This document shows positions 9,233 through 22,660 of a stretch of DNA of 64,000 nt, in pieces. The notes below the pieces were generated by a model. It searched no databases, had not been told where the DNA came from, and saw only the letters and a list, made by a program, of their open reading frames with translations. The stretch comes from Marsupella aquatica. Its lineage: Eukaryota > Plantae > Marchantiophyta. The DNA is taken from assembly GCA_973895155.1 (NCBI GenBank), contig OZ316895.1, forward strand, positions 15,568,816 through 15,632,815, in the 5' to 3' direction. The position numbers were made by a program, and so were the translations under genes. Positions within the stretch are counted from its first letter, which is position 1. Every line of letters begins with the position of its first letter.

Positions 9233-9542
9233 CCAATTGGCTTAGGTCAATTGGCTAGAGGATTTGCCTGGACTTGAGAGGTCCCAGGTTCAATCCCCCC
9301 TCCACACACTGGGGTGTGGAGGGTATATGTGTGTGGGTGGGATGGGTTTTGTGGATAGTGGATTGGAGTTCTGATTATCTGCTCGGCCCCTGGTCGTCCA
9401 CTTTGTGGCCCTGATTTAATCCTCTCTCCTTCCTGGTGCGGGTCCCTGTCGGATCCGTTGGGGCTCCAGAAAAACTGTCACATTGGGATGGGGGGAGTCT
9501 AATTGTATTTACTCCCCATTTCCGTTCAAGACACAAAAAAAA
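9233..9542 (+). mobile_element. tRNA-derived SINE
   Basis: A-box-like TGGCTTAGGTCAATTGG, B-box GGTTCAATCCC (9287-9297) and an A-tail at 9535-9542. Flanked by an imperfect TSD, AAAAAGAGGCAAAATAA and AAAAAGGAGGCACATTAA. Confidence 0.7.
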
Positions 9543-11863
9543 GGAGGCACATTAAAGTCTCTCTAATGAAGACATCAAAGGCTCACAAGTATATTCCAAG
9601 CTTCCCCATAGGTGGGTATATCCTGGCCAAGTAAGATGCTCTAGATATGCAGTTGTAAAGGAAGAGACATTTCATATTTACTCGTAGGACTGTGAAGTGG
9701 GCCCATTTTTGTCAGTGAAATGAACAGGTCTATGTCCTGGTAGGTGAAATGTAAGATAATGAGGACCACCCAAAATACTGTTTTTTTCCTTGTCACAAAG
9801 GTGTCCCAGAAATGCCGTTCAAACTAAAGCACTGCAAACGCAATGTCAGATGCATTTCTGAAGGAAACTTACTACAATGTGTGATTACGTGCTTCATTAT
9901 GGCGAGAATTATGCTGTACTCTAAGATGGTTGTAAATGAATCTACTTTGTAAAATATGGCAACGCTGCTTTCATAAGTACTCGTGAACACCTTGACATGT
10001 CATTCTTACGTTTGCGTTGCCATTTCTCTAGCTTTTTGCTGCCAAACAAATGAACAAAATCCTTCGATCAAACCAGTTTAATCAGACTGTGCCACAATAC
10101 TCTGCAAATATTTTATGTATGCTGATGAATTTCTTATGGACCTAACGCTGAATTCATTTTGGCCCATAAAAGTGAGGCTCAAGGAATAATATATGGACAG
10201 AAAGTGAATAAATTTATCATATTTGTAGAAGCAAGAAACTAGTGGAGTGCACACATTTTTCGGGGTTTCCCCTCCTCTTTTATCCCAGGCGTGGGTTGTC
10301 CTTAAAGCAAAGCTTTATTCCTTTGACCTGAAGTGGAAAGAAATCTGACATCTGGCTGGCCCAAGTAGAATTACAATTGTAAACAACATAGTTTCCAAAT
10401 CCTGACCTATATATGCAAGGCAAGACCAGCAACCTTGAGCAAAAGCACCTACTCGTCATAACACCTCTTCGATGTTTGAGAATTCAAGAACAACTGACAG
10501 CTTCAAAACATTGGTTAGGCATTTATCAGGATAGCTAGAGGAGAGACATACCAATCGGTGGGATTGAATTTGTTTCAGCAAAAATTGAGAGATTCTCATG
10601 AGATAGTAGAAACCCGGCTGATCTGGCCAATGGTTCTGAGAAGTCCCAGCTCGGATTACTACATGCTTTCTTTGTGGTGGCGACAACTACAATGAGGAGA
10701 AATAAATTTCGCACAAACATGTGTTTTGCTCTGGAAAACTGAAAAGAGCAGGTGCGGAACAGCAAACTTTCATCAGAAGCCTTGTAAGTAGACTAATAGC
10801 ACCTTACAATCGACCTTACAATACTAAGAACGGCTGAGCAACCGCAGAGGGAAACGGAAACCAAACATCTCGCATTGAATCCAATCTGTTCCTTGCAACC
10901 ACCACAGTGGCCCGTTATGATCATTCATTGAACTCAAATGTAACGTAAAATCTGTCCCGCAAATGCTCTGATTGAATAAATGTCGGAAATGAAGAATTCT
11001 CGTGAGATCATATACAAATGACAGCAGATACAGTTCCAGTGTTCCACCATACCAGCAGGTTCTCATAATTCTGAACGAATGACTGGCATAAAGAGGCCCT
11101 GAATACCGCAAGCCAGAGTAAGTCACGTATCACTCATGCATGGTAGAACATCAGATTCGAATACATTCTGGGCATCTGAGCACTGACCTGGTGACAAAAG
11201 CTTTCAGATAGCACTTTGGTGTTTAGGGTTTACAAAAATGAAAATTTACGAGATCGTAGCTCTTTCCTTCCAGCTAAAGCAAGTGTTAGGAATGTTTTCT
11301 TCGTTGTAGATGACTGACTTGAATCAGAGAAAAAGGCTTTAGACACAAGCATGACATTTGGATGGACGGAGCAACTTCCTATTGACTGGCTTAAATGTGT
11401 GACACAAGGACAACTCATGCCTTTCGGCACTCGTGCCGTCGAATGGATCTGCGAGGATAATTATGGCAAACTATGGATTGAACGACAAGTACGGTACTTA
11501 CAAGATGTTGTCATACCTAGACACAAATCTGAATTTCATTCAAAGAACCAACTCGAGCTCAGAGTACACACTCACTTCACAAGCCTTCCCGTCAAAATGA
11601 AAAACCCAAATACGTATTCATTACTGGCTCCCCACAATTTGTGGCCCAACTCAGGGCAATCAAGGGCCACCGGGTAAACTCTCGAAACTACAGTACGGAA
11701 ACCCTGAAGTACCAGTGTCACCCTCAAAGGAGCCACGGGTGACTATGAAAGTGATGAAAGCCCTCCTTATCCTAGTTGGATTTCTAGCTCAAACCTTTCT
11801 TTGAACACGCTGTGCTTGGTCTCACATTACCCTAGTGTCATCCAATAATTCTTCAATTTTGGA

Positions 11864-13075
11864 CACTACTGACAAAATATTTAGAAGTGTTTGTGTATCC
11901 TGAAACCAACTACCTTCATAGGCTATTTACTCTAGAGCTCTTTATCAGGCTTTTAAGTTTGCTGGCTGGTAGGGGTTTTAGTTTGCTGCTCAGCACAATT
12001 AGGCTCTTGGGCTAGTTTGGCTCCTTCATACTTTTCCTTTGTTTTCTAAAATCAGAAAACTAAATAGATCAAGAGAATTATTGTTGAAGTTGCTTTATTT
12101 AATGGAACAGAAAATAATCACCCTTGTGATCTTAGTTGTGCCAACCAGGATGCCACGTGTACAAGATTTGTAATCCTAATTTCATTCTGATGAGAATGGA
12201 CATAAAAATGTGTCAGGGCCTCCTTATGCCAGTCAATCCAGCCAGAATTGGTCATTTGCTCAGAATTCAATATGCCCAGTGGTGGCCAGGTGCCAGATAT
12301 AAGGGGGAAATGTCCAAGACTTTCCCCTTTCTCCACATTCTATCACTTGTTCCCTCTACCTTGCAAGTTTATTTCACAATTTTTTAAAACCTGCTTTTAG
12401 TGGCTAAGGATAAACCCATAGTTTTCGAAGAGCAGATCTGGTTTAAATATATTCAGATCCTGTTTCCATAGGAATGTAGGCAATGATAGCCCCAAACTCT
12501 CTTTATTATAGCCCAGAGGTGCCTTGCAAACACAAACAAGACATTGCTATATACAAGATAAGAAGGACATTCGACGATCTTCTCCAAGTGTCAATTCAGT
12601 AATGTAAGATAGTGTCAATCGCTTTACAGTACAAGTGTCAATTGACACTTGCACTCGCTCTGTAGAGTACAAGTGTCAATCACAAGCGTCCTTCAATTGT
12701 GATGGAGCCATCAAGGCGAAAAAAGTAAGTAAAGAGTATACAGAACAGGGGTACTTACAAGCCCGGGCTTACAAGTGTCAAGCACAAAAAACAGGTACAG
12801 TCCTGACAGGGATATTTCTGGTGACAGTGGAAGCCGTTGTCCTAGTTCTCCAGTGCGCTGCCACACCCAAGAAGTGGTTGAGGATGTGTATGAAACCCTG
12901 GGCGTACAAGAGGCCTCCACATCAGCAAATGGGTCATAAGTTTGATTTCACTTCTTGCTGACGTGTCAAATGTGAACACCGTCCTAAAAACGTGGGATGT
13001 TGTCAGTGCTTCTTCAATAACTTCCTGCACGGTTTCTGACTTTCTGACAAGTAAGATTTCCCTGTCACAGTAGTG
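11864..13075. mobile_element. Possible non-autonomous CACTA/EnSpm-like remnant
   Basis: Begins CACTACTG at 11864 and ends CAGTAGTG at 13075, with many TGTCA/TGACA subterminal motifs at 12590-13070. The 3-bp flanks (GGA and TAC) do not match. Confidence 0.35.
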
Positions 13076-13430
13076 TACATATAACTAAGTATGGTTCCGC
13101 TATGAATAATTGAATATGGTAGGCGGTGGAATCTACGGTCATATTAATAATTGAGCCCAATTATTATTACCGATTTCCCCTAAAGAATGCCCGCAGGTTG
13201 TACTCACATAGAATGTCCGTGTGGCACACTATGCTATATTTGAGAGTTCCGAATAAAGCCCACGAAGCATTCCGATTTATGTTCTACTACAGTAGCTTGC
13301 TTATCAGTAGATGAAGACAAATAAAAATATTGCAAGAAAAACAAATGTCATCTTTGGGATTCCAGTCTTTTGGGCCCTTTCACATCCTATGGTTCTCATC
13401 TCACCCAATTTCTTGATCAGACAACCCGAG

Positions 13431-13590
13431 TCCCTCAAGGTGACTTTGACCACCCTTGGGTTTAGTTGACCAAGTGGTGGTTGGGCAGTTCAGTCCTCCC
13501 TACTCCCAATCTCTATCCAGGGCCAACCTGTCCTTTTACACAACTTTGTCTCTTTATCCTACTAAGGGTGATCAAAGTCACCTTGAGGGA
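13431..13590. mobile_element. MITE-like element with ~29-bp terminal inverted repeats
   Basis: TCCCTCAAGGTGACTTTGACCACCCTTGG at the left end and CTAAGGGTGATCAAAGTCACCTTGAGGGA at the right end. No clear TSD. Confidence 0.65.
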
Positions 13591-15954
13591 GACTGGAGCC
13601 ACCCGATCACAAAAGTAGGTGCGACAAGAGCCGTTGATGTGAGGGAGCTAACCCAGGTTACTTTTCTTACCACACAAATAAAAACAGTGACATTATGATA
13701 GATAATGCCTGTGGCTTGTCTCAGTCTTTGTTCATGAAATTGGGTATTGCAAACCAAGAGGTAGGTGGGCAGCCATATGTGCTCAAGGATTAAAAATCAG
13801 TCAAAACTACCTGATCCCTCCATAGCTTTGTAAGGGTGTGTTCTCATTTGCCATCTTTTCCACCACCTTCTTGCAAAAGGGGGTGCTGTGTTGGATGTGC
13901 ACTGCCACTGGAGCAGCACAACGACTGACTCACCCTTTTCCAGAAAGGGATAGGGGCCGAAACAGTAATGATTGGAAAAATCAACCAAAAGATACCTCAA
14001 CGGGCTTGCAAGGACACCCTAAATACGGAACATGGAGAAAAGAAGGAAAGCAGCTTTGTTCTCCAAGAGAAAAATTGTGTGTGGCCAACCAAGGGGTAGG
14101 TGGATGGCCATATATGATCAATTGATTTTACCATGAATCAAAGCAAAATGCTGGCTACTTGGGCCTTGGAACATACCCTCATTGGATTGCCTTTCTTTCT
14201 TTTTGTGATCTAAATAGGCTTGTAAAGACACCTTAGGGAAAATGAAGAACTGAAGAAAAAACAGTTCTTCCGTGACTAAATGGAGTAGGTAAGGGCTTGG
14301 GCTTGTAAAGGCAACCTATGGAAAATTGAGAAAATCAGTTCTTCCATGAGAAAAAAAAAAGTAGGTGCCTGGACTTGTTTTTTTTGTTTTTATAGATTTT
14401 CTTTGAAAAAGGACAAGCCTCATCAATGGCATGCAAGGGGGCACAACACACCCATGCCAGAAAGAACACAGCGCAGAGGGGTGCCAAAGTGAGGGCCACG
14501 GCACCCAATGGGCTTATACGTGCAAAAACACATGGCAAATAGTGGGGGAAATGGCCCCAAAATGGCATCTTGGGTTGAGAGAAAAAAGAGTGGGCATCAC
14601 ATTCAGACCAAATGGCAGCTTGAGGAACCCTAATTGAGAGATTTCCCATGACACCCTGAGCATGCATTTATCCACTATATGTAGTATGTTACAAGTAAAA
14701 TCATGGAAGATTCACTTATGCATTTCCCTATATGTGGTGGCAAGTCGCATACATTTGACTCCTCATATCCCAAGCCCTCCTACTGCACTATTTAACTAGA
14801 TAAGTGCATGAAATGAACTCTATGTAATTATTTTCCACTGCACTTATCAATAAATGCTTCTTGCTAATACTTTGCAATAATAGATGAATGCATGCATGCA
14901 CTTATATATTGTCATTCTGTGCTTAGATATAGTGCTCAAATTCACCCAATAGCCTGTACTAATCCATGAAATGCACTGAATGCTGTGCTTTAAGGGGGGC
15001 TCCATGACAGCTTGAACGCTGGGTCTGAGATGCAATCACAACCATTCAAATGTGTGACCAGGACAAACTTCACTTTACATAAACTTGGGGGAAAAATTTT
15101 GCAAATCCATTAGCGATCCTCCTGGTGGGTCCTTGTGGTTTCTTTCTATCTTTGTTGATGTGGTCATGGTTTTTTATTAAAAAATTTGACCATCTCTTGA
15201 GATGATCTATGGGTGGCTTTCCAAGACCTAGGGGGCACTCGCAACTTTTTTCCACCAAAGGTAACCGGAGGCCAATTCTCGTTCCAAATTAGATGGACTC
15301 TAGACCACAAAACATTCTTAAGGTGAAGTTTAATAAATGGAATCCCTTGAATGAACAAGCCAAACTTTTGGAAATGTTTGGACCACCTTTGGAGATGGTC
15401 TCTATTTCTAGAAAAAATAGACACTCCAGCTCAGCATTTCCTCGGTCCCACTCTAGTAGTAGATACCATCCCTGAATGGGCCAAGAGTTCTTGTAAAGCC
15501 AACGTCAGCACTTCCACTCAGACTGAATAAAAAGAAGGAATGGGGCCCTCCCCTCTTGTGTTTCTTTCCCTTTATTGGATTGCTTTGTCTTTGGGACCCT
15601 ATCTCCAAGTTTGGTGTTTGTGCTTTTTGGCACTTTGATATATAATGGGCCCCCACCTCTTTGTAAAGCTACCCTCGATTATTATACTATACATATTTAA
15701 TCCCGTTCCCAAAGGAATAAAAAGAAGGAATGGGCTCCACTTTCCGTAAAGCCACACTGATGTGCTCTATCTACATAGCATGGTCCATTTCTACTCAGGA
15801 TCTTGCATGTGGTTTTTCCAAACCTGACACGTTTTGGCTGACAAATCAGCTTTAATAATATATATACACTACACAAAGAGCAAACAACCCCATGGTGCAT
15901 GCATTGGACCTCACGTTTGCACTCCCAAAGAGCAAAAGGGCAGAAAGCCCTACG

Positions 15955-16236
15955 GCTTTGCAATTTAGCTTTAGCGTATCTAAACTCTGCCAAAGTGCAA
16001 AAGTGCAAAAAAGTGCCGTAGTGTTTATGCGATGGGTGAAGAGTGACACCATATCAATGTGCCCTCCGAGTTCTCGTAAAGCCCTACAACCTCACGTGTT
16101 GCAATGGCTTGCAATTTAGCTCTAGCGTATCTAAACTCTGCCAAAGTGCAAAAAGTGCAAAAAAGTGGCGTAGTGTTTATGCGATGGGTGAAGAGTGACA
16201 CCATATCAATGTGCCCTCCGAGTTCTTGTAAAGCCC
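15955..16236. repeat. Near-identical ~130-bp direct duplication (period 151) upstream of the F-box gene
   Basis: GCAATTTAGCT.TAGCGTATCTAAACTCTGCCAAAGTGC..GTAAAGCCC starts at 15960 and 16111. Confidence 0.9.
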
Positions 16237-16328
16237 CCTCCCCCCCTTCCCACCTCCCTTAGACACGGTGGAGTGTGGTGAGATGTGAGAAGCTTGCCGA
16301 GCAGAAAACACTGCCAGGTCCAGTACTG

Positions 16329-16332
<4 letters not shown>

Positions 16333-16360
<28 letters not shown>
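16333..16360. repeat. (GA)n microsatellite in the F-box 5' region
   Basis: Direct reading of the sequence. Confidence 0.9.
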
Positions 16361-16363
<3 letters not shown>

Positions 16364-16707
16364 GGTACAACGCCTCGTAAATCTCGCAAGATGTCAGGAA
16401 GTTGGTGGTGTGGCATGGATTCGTTGCAGTGAAAACATGTCCTCGATTTCGGTGCGAATGGTGCCGCACCAGAACAACGAGCGCCAGGACCGTTTCGGTG
16501 AGCGAGAGCTCTGCGTGATGATGTTGGTGGTTTAGGGATTGTTCCGATCGGTCCGTTGGAGTTGGGTGTTTTCCATTTTAGGTTTTTGGTCCGACTTGTG
16601 GTTCTCGTATTGTGGTGTGGAGGAAGGATTTACGAAGTTGTTGCATCTCGAGGAGGAAGAGGAGTCGCCATCGACGTCGTTCGGACGAGCGGAGCGGGAA
16701 GGATTGA

Positions 16708-17913
16708 ATGGTGGTGCCAGGTATGGCTGCTGCTGAGCCGGTCTCAGGACGGGATGGTGGTGGTGCTACTGCTACAGAGCGAGACGGAGAGCATGGGGCG
16801 ATCACTCTCAATGATGATCTAGTGTTCGAAGTGCTGAGGCGAGTCGATCCTGTGACCCTCGCAACGGCCAGTTGTGTGAACTCCGATTTTCGGCACATGG
16901 CTGCCAATGAAGTGCTGTGGGAGAAGCTGTGCAACAAGCGGTGGCCTTCAACTAGGGATGCCGATGTGAAATCGATTCTGTCAAACGTAGGAGGATTTAA
17001 GAAGTTGTATGCGGAGTGCTACCCTCTGATCGTGAACAGGGAGCTGCCAGTGCTGAGGGAGGAGGATGAGTTCGTGTCGGAGGATTGTGATCTGTGGTGG
17101 GAGGACGATGATGACCTGGATGAACAGGAAGCGTCCGACCTCTCCCCGTCTAACCTCATCTCCATCGTGGATGTTATCTACAAGGAAAAGTCTGTATTTT
17201 CGAGAACTGTGGAAGGGATTCCAGGGGCGGACGACTTTCTGGGGTGGTTTTCTAATTGCCCGTTTCGCATCGATCTACTTAAATCGCCCGAGGAGGAGGA
17301 CGAGCGGTGGGATTACGAGAATCAAAATGCCGTATTAGTCGAGGATGATTTGCCGTCCATCACGTCTGTGGAAAAGGAGCGAAAGGATGGGAAGTTCTGG
17401 AAGGCGCTCTGGGATAACATGAGGGTCAGCTGGATCTTGATCAACAAGAAAACGAAGCAGATGGCCAATTTAACAAGCTGGAAGCCTTTGGGAGGGTTGC
17501 GGCACTGGCCGTGTGACGAGGACTATCTCATTCGATTCGGATCCATTCTTCCTGCTAATCGGGACTCTCTATGCAGCGCTGTGCAATGTAACATCGTCAT
17601 GAAGTGCAGATTCGCCAATGTAGGCGAGGGGGAAAATGTAAGGACCACTCTCAGACTGACGGAGCTGAGCATGCAACTTGAAGATATGGGGGGCGCTCAT
17701 GTCAATGGCAAGGACAGTCTAGCCATACTTCACAGGGCGTTGAGCTGTCCTAAGAGTAGAAATCATGCTGATGTGCTGGATTCGTATCACCAGTATCTCA
17801 AAGTCCAAAGCGAATTGAAGGAGAAGAAAATTAGACACGAGGGCCGTCTCGACACTGCTGCAGTTGTCAGTGGCATTAGTGTATTTTTGTTCGTGTGTTA
17901 CTTTATCATCTAG
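16708..17913 (+). CDS. Intronless plant F-box protein (At2g27310/At2g36090-like), 401 aa, with C-terminal hydrophobic tail
   Basis: F-box LNDDLVFEVLRRVDPVTLATASCV..EVLWEKLCNKRWPS. Family motifs LISIVDVIYK, WFSNCPFRIDLL, VSWILI, ANLTSWKP and ELSMQLEDMGGAHVNGKDSLAIL. Confidence 0.9.
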   Translation: MVVPGMAAAEPVSGRDGGGATATERDGEHGAITLNDDLVFEVLRRVDPVTLATASCVNSDFRHMAANEVLWEKLCNKRWPSTRDADVKSILSNVGGFKKLYAECYPLIVNRELPVLREEDEFVSEDCDLWWEDDDDLDEQEASDLSPSNLISIVDVIYKEKSVFSRTVEGIPGADDFLGWFSNCPFRIDLLKSPEEEDERWDYENQNAVLVEDDLPSITSVEKERKDGKFWKALWDNMRVSWILINKKTKQMANLTSWKPLGGLRHWPCDEDYLIRFGSILPANRDSLCSAVQCNIVMKCRFANVGEGENVRTTLRLTELSMQLEDMGGAHVNGKDSLAILHRALSCPKSRNHADVLDSYHQYLKVQSELKEKKIRHEGRLDTAAVVSGISVFLFVCYFII

Positions 17914-20854
17914 GATAAAGCTTACTAACAATTCAGGTCGACTCCTAGTTTCGAATGTGCTTGTTGTATATACTGTAGATAGAATCGCATCCAGCGATTT
18001 CGATGAAAACCATTCATAATCAGGCATGGGCCACAGTTTGTAGAGTGTCCCTTATACTCAAATCTAGTGCCTTTCATATGGTATCGTACACATCAATTTC
18101 TGGTTCACTGGTGTGATTCAGCTTTTGTTCAAGTTCCTTGTCTCGCTTGTTTACATTTCAAGTTTTTTTTTCTCTGAGTATTCTTTGGTTCTCACAGAGA
18201 ATGTAATCATTTGCCTTGCTTCGTGGCGACGTCTGCCTGCTTAGTAGGTGCAATTGGGTGTGGCACAGTATGGGAAATACAGTGCAGAACTTTGAGTTAT
18301 AGAACTCTCTGCAAATGGGAAATTAAGTGTAGAATTGAATCGGGCATGTGCAGCCGCTTCTCCATAAATCGTGCTTTATGGACATGCAAGAGTTCTCGAG
18401 GCACATTCAAAACGTATTGTGGCCCCACTTTTGCAGCTCGTGATCGAGTTGAGGTTAATTCAGCAAATAGCGTTCCACTATACTTCAGCTTGTTATCTTC
18501 ACACAAACGATGGAATTGCAACAGTTCATTGGCTGCTCTGGATGCCTGCCGCTGTTTCATCTACAAGTTGTTCATCAAAAAGTGCTGCACTAAAAATGCA
18601 GCTGTCAAAGATTGGGCTGGTTGTCAACTCTTGCTTCTAACGGTTGATGACGTGATATATCTCTTCAAGGTGAATGAACTCTATGCACCGGATCCCTCTA
18701 CTGCTCCCAGAAGAGCTACTTCAATTCTCTCAATGGTTTTCTTGCTCTAGATTTTTGCACATCGTGTCCTCGTCTCGTGAGGATGCGTTTTCCGAATCTT
18801 CAGTACAACCTTGAATGTTCTGTTTCACGCGCAAGTCCGAAGAAGATTTTTCGCACGGCTTCGTTCCGTTAGATTCTTATTTAGCCAATGCTCTCCTCGT
18901 ATGGGTGGTGTTCCTCCCATACGGTAGTTTTTGATGACGGTAGTTGTCAATCATAACCCCATTACTTCGATGGCTTTCTCTTATATTGTTACTTCTGATT
19001 CATGTATCCCTCGTGCTCCTATATCGTGTGGTGTTATTAGCCGAGTCTTCAGGTCCCGTACAATTAAAGTAGCGTGCGATCAAAATGGTCTCTACTTTCC
19101 TCAAACTTGGGTGTCAACAAATGTTCTCCAAATAAAGCACGATACTAGGCGTTATAATCTTGAAGAATTGTTGTTCCCCACTTCATCAACGCAATCAGGG
19201 TAATGGGAACACCTCAGGGTGGGACATCTGAAACGAGAGCAATTAACACATTACAGCTTACTAATGTATCACACTTCTTGAGTCCCCAATGTGCACAGCT
19301 CAAGGTATGTGCATGAACTGCACCAGCTAAAGAAAATTATCTATGTCGGTTGTACATTCTCATCATGACAGGGTAAAATCGTCCCTCTGAAAAGAAAGAC
19401 AATGGTGCATCTGCATTTGATTGCATTGATGCAAGCGGCGTTCACGAAATTGCAAACTAATAATGTCCTCCTCATGGCAAGGATTCAAGTAAGGTGCCGC
19501 ACACAATGGAGCTGACAACAGTCTTCCAGAATAGTCTCGAAGAACCATGCGATGGCGGTAAGAGTTGGACGACAATGGTCCTCTAGACCATGACTTCAAA
19601 ATTTGTCGACCTACGGCATCCGATTATTTGCCCTTCCTCGAGACATATCAAAACGGGCAATTTCAATGGCTCACGGAAAGAAGACTGCAAAAATTAGAGT
19701 TTAGCCCCTTTCTTCCTTTCTTTCAGTTCACTTGGAAGTCAGTCTTCTTCCCTAAGGTTATCATGGAATTCAATCAGCAATTGACAAAACCTCAGGCATC
19801 TTTGAAAAGTCCTGTGACATGACTTCCTGGAGCCTGTTGCCCACTCTTGAGTTTGGTGTCTCTGTACGAATCTGTGGGTAGGAAAGGTTAGTAATCATCA
19901 TTCTAAGCAAGAAAGCCTTCGCATTCCAGAGCACTATGTGACAGTGGTAATTCAAGTTAGTCACACTCGTACACATATCTAAGCTTGTAAAATGACGAAC
20001 GTAATGGTATGTGGTTTAGTGCCCTAGATCAAGTGCGCCGATGAAGCAATCGAATCGAATTTGTTCTTGAATATGGCGTCTAGCATTGGGCAGAATTTCA
20101 CAGACTATTTCCTGTATCAAATCATGTGGGCTAATCTCTAGACCACCCGAGAAACTTTTCCGAATTCAACGACAAATACTTCTGGACCTGAAACACAGGT
20201 GAGCTACTAACCCTGAGCAATAAAATTGGACAGAAAGGTATTCTCGAATGACGGTCGACGGGGAAATGGCAGTGGCGCTTTTCACCTTGACCTCCCAAGT
20301 GTCGGAGCAATTCACCTTCCATCCCTCATTCTGGCAATTTTCATTTTGACTTCCTGGTGCAGTTATTTTGTTCTTCCTTTACTCATTTCTGGCATTTTCT
20401 ATCGCGGTCGTCATGTACCACAACGATGTTCGTCCGCTTTCATTCAGACTGGTGCCTTGGATTCACGAGAACAAGCTTCATCCAAGGAACTCATAAGAGA
20501 GTTTAAATTGAAAGAACGGAACAGCATAAGAGCTATCAATGAATTAGAGACATGACTCCAGCGAAGAAGTCAAACCTGGGGATATGACTAGTCAACATCG
20601 TGACCATGCTCTCTAGGGTGTGACCAGCGAAGGCACCTCTATGCATTAGGATACCATGTGGGCGTCTTAAGTCCTGGTTCACAAACTCACCGGTCCTACA
20701 CCTTACGTCTGATGCGAGATTGTTTAAGCGCGCTGCCCATTTCAAGTTGACAATGAGGTGCGATTGACCTTTGAAGGATTCATTGCAGCTATGGGTCATG
20801 GAGGAGTACTTCGAGGAATCTAAGATTGGAGATCTCTAGACTTTCTCCAAAGAT

Positions 20855-22260
20855 CATCTGTCAAGCGATCACTCTACACGATTGTGCCCTACATTCCTAC
20901 AGCAATGGAACTCGGAAGACCGCAAATAGAAGATTGACGTATCATCAAGAGAATGTGGTCTGATGCCATGGCCGCGGCTGCGGGATCCCTGAGCAACCAG
21001 GGGCTAATCTCAACAAACAAATTCGTCTGGTACAGTAGGTAGAGGTATTTCAATAAAACGGTTGTCAATTCACCTCAGAGGGAGAAGACACACTAGGTGT
21101 CAGCGCGCTTTTCCTCCAAGCGCGGAATCGTCTGTCAAGCGATCACTTCTACAAGATCGTGCCCAAGATTCCTACAAAAATGGAACTCGGAATACGGCAA
21201 ACAGAATGGAGCTGTGTAATCAGGAGACTATGGTATGATGCTATGGCCGCGGCAGGGGGATCCTTGAGCAAAACCCCAACTAATCTCAACAAGCGAATGA
21301 AGGTCATTTTCGACTACCAGCTAGAATTACTCGAACAAACAGTTGTGGCATGACCTCAATACAGGTGACAACGAGCTTTTTATGGAATTAGTTCCTGGAC
21401 CCCTTGAACTCCTGAAAGTCCACCTTCCCATGAAAGTCCACCTTCCCATTCATTGACTCCCTTATCATTTCTTGACAGTTCTTATAACTATGTACTTCTT
21501 TCAACTATGTCCTTCTTTCATGCCCAGGCTCTTCAATACCATCTGCACGTAGATAGGCCCATACTGAACCCTGCTAAGCTTGCTTCTATTTAGTTCTCTC
21601 ATGCCTCATGCATTGGACAATCTAATAGTAGCGAGAGGCATCACCGAGTTAGGAACTGTAATGATAACGCCATGGAAAGGAGTGTTGAGTGATCCAACAT
21701 ACAATCATGTCCACTTCTTCTTTCGTGGCAGCAGAAGGTCGAGAAAATTGTCACGATTACTTTGTCATCGGATCAACTTGCCGAGAAAGATTTTGTTATT
21801 ATTCAATTGAAACACAATTCAGAATGCGGGTGGGCAGAGGTTACTCAGGGTAAAAAACATGGAAAGTGGGCCTCCTACTAATTGAACAGTCTGTTACCTA
21901 GGGTAAATAAAATGGTTAGTTTTCAAACATGTTTACATCAAGGTTTACGGCATGGCGTCCTCAATTTTACCAAAATCCTGCCACAAACACGAACGGTGAA
22001 GTAATTTTATTTTGTAAACCAATTCATACCTGTTTGGAGAGTGTCATGATGATGTGGGATGTTGTGGAGTCTCGAATTTTGGAAGGGACCTCTAGTGGGG
22101 TCCGTAAAGAGCGAAATCAACTGTCAAGCGATCACTTCTACACCATTGTGCCCTAGATTCCTAGAGGATGGAGGTTGGAAGACCGCCAATAGAATAGACC
22201 TACGTGATCAAGAGAATATGGTCCGATGCATAGCCATGCGGGATCCTTGAGCAAAACCTG
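20855..22260 (+). repeat. Three diverged copies of a ~150-170-bp segment of probable coding origin
   Basis: CTGTCAAGCGATCAC..GTGCCC..ATTCCTA..GGGATCC.TGAGCAA near 20858, 21133 and 22121. Confidence 0.75.
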
Positions 22261-22310
22261 AGCTGCTAATCTCCACAAATGCTAAGCGAGAAGATATTTC
22301 AACAGACCAT

Positions 22311-22660
22311 TGTCACTATTAAGCATAGACGACATTCGCAACGGCAAGCCCATGAACCATCCAACGCACAAGAGTCGACACAGAGAGATATGTGGTTCAC
22401 CTCCACATGAGGCTAAGTCCACGGGAACACACAAGAGCTTTACTGCACTCTAGGCCGACCGGCCATACTAAACATCCACAGCACAAGCTCTCCCTATCTC
22501 TCAACTAGCTCCGTAATAATGAGCCTAAGTTCCATTAGGGGCTGGTTTCAGCCCTGGCTATATACACAACTGCACAACCGCTAACATTAGCTAAGTCCTA
22601 ACCCGAGTTAAACTAACTGTGGTTAGCTCATGAGTCACAAGACTAGAGCAATATCTAACA
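22311..22660. mobile_element. LTR-like (copia-type) remnant
   Basis: Starts TGT and ends AACA. Contains GATATGTGGTTCACC..GGCTAAGTCCACGGGAA, resembling plant copia LTR interiors. No matching TSD was seen. Confidence 0.35.

Noticed and set aside
9700-11700. Short ORFs that might be exons of a gene
   Set aside because: No recognisable motif or consistent splice chain could be built.
18211-19200. 179-aa ORF and neighbours downstream of the F-box gene
   Set aside because: Non-ATG start, no recognisable domain and conflicting frames; at most a decayed relic.
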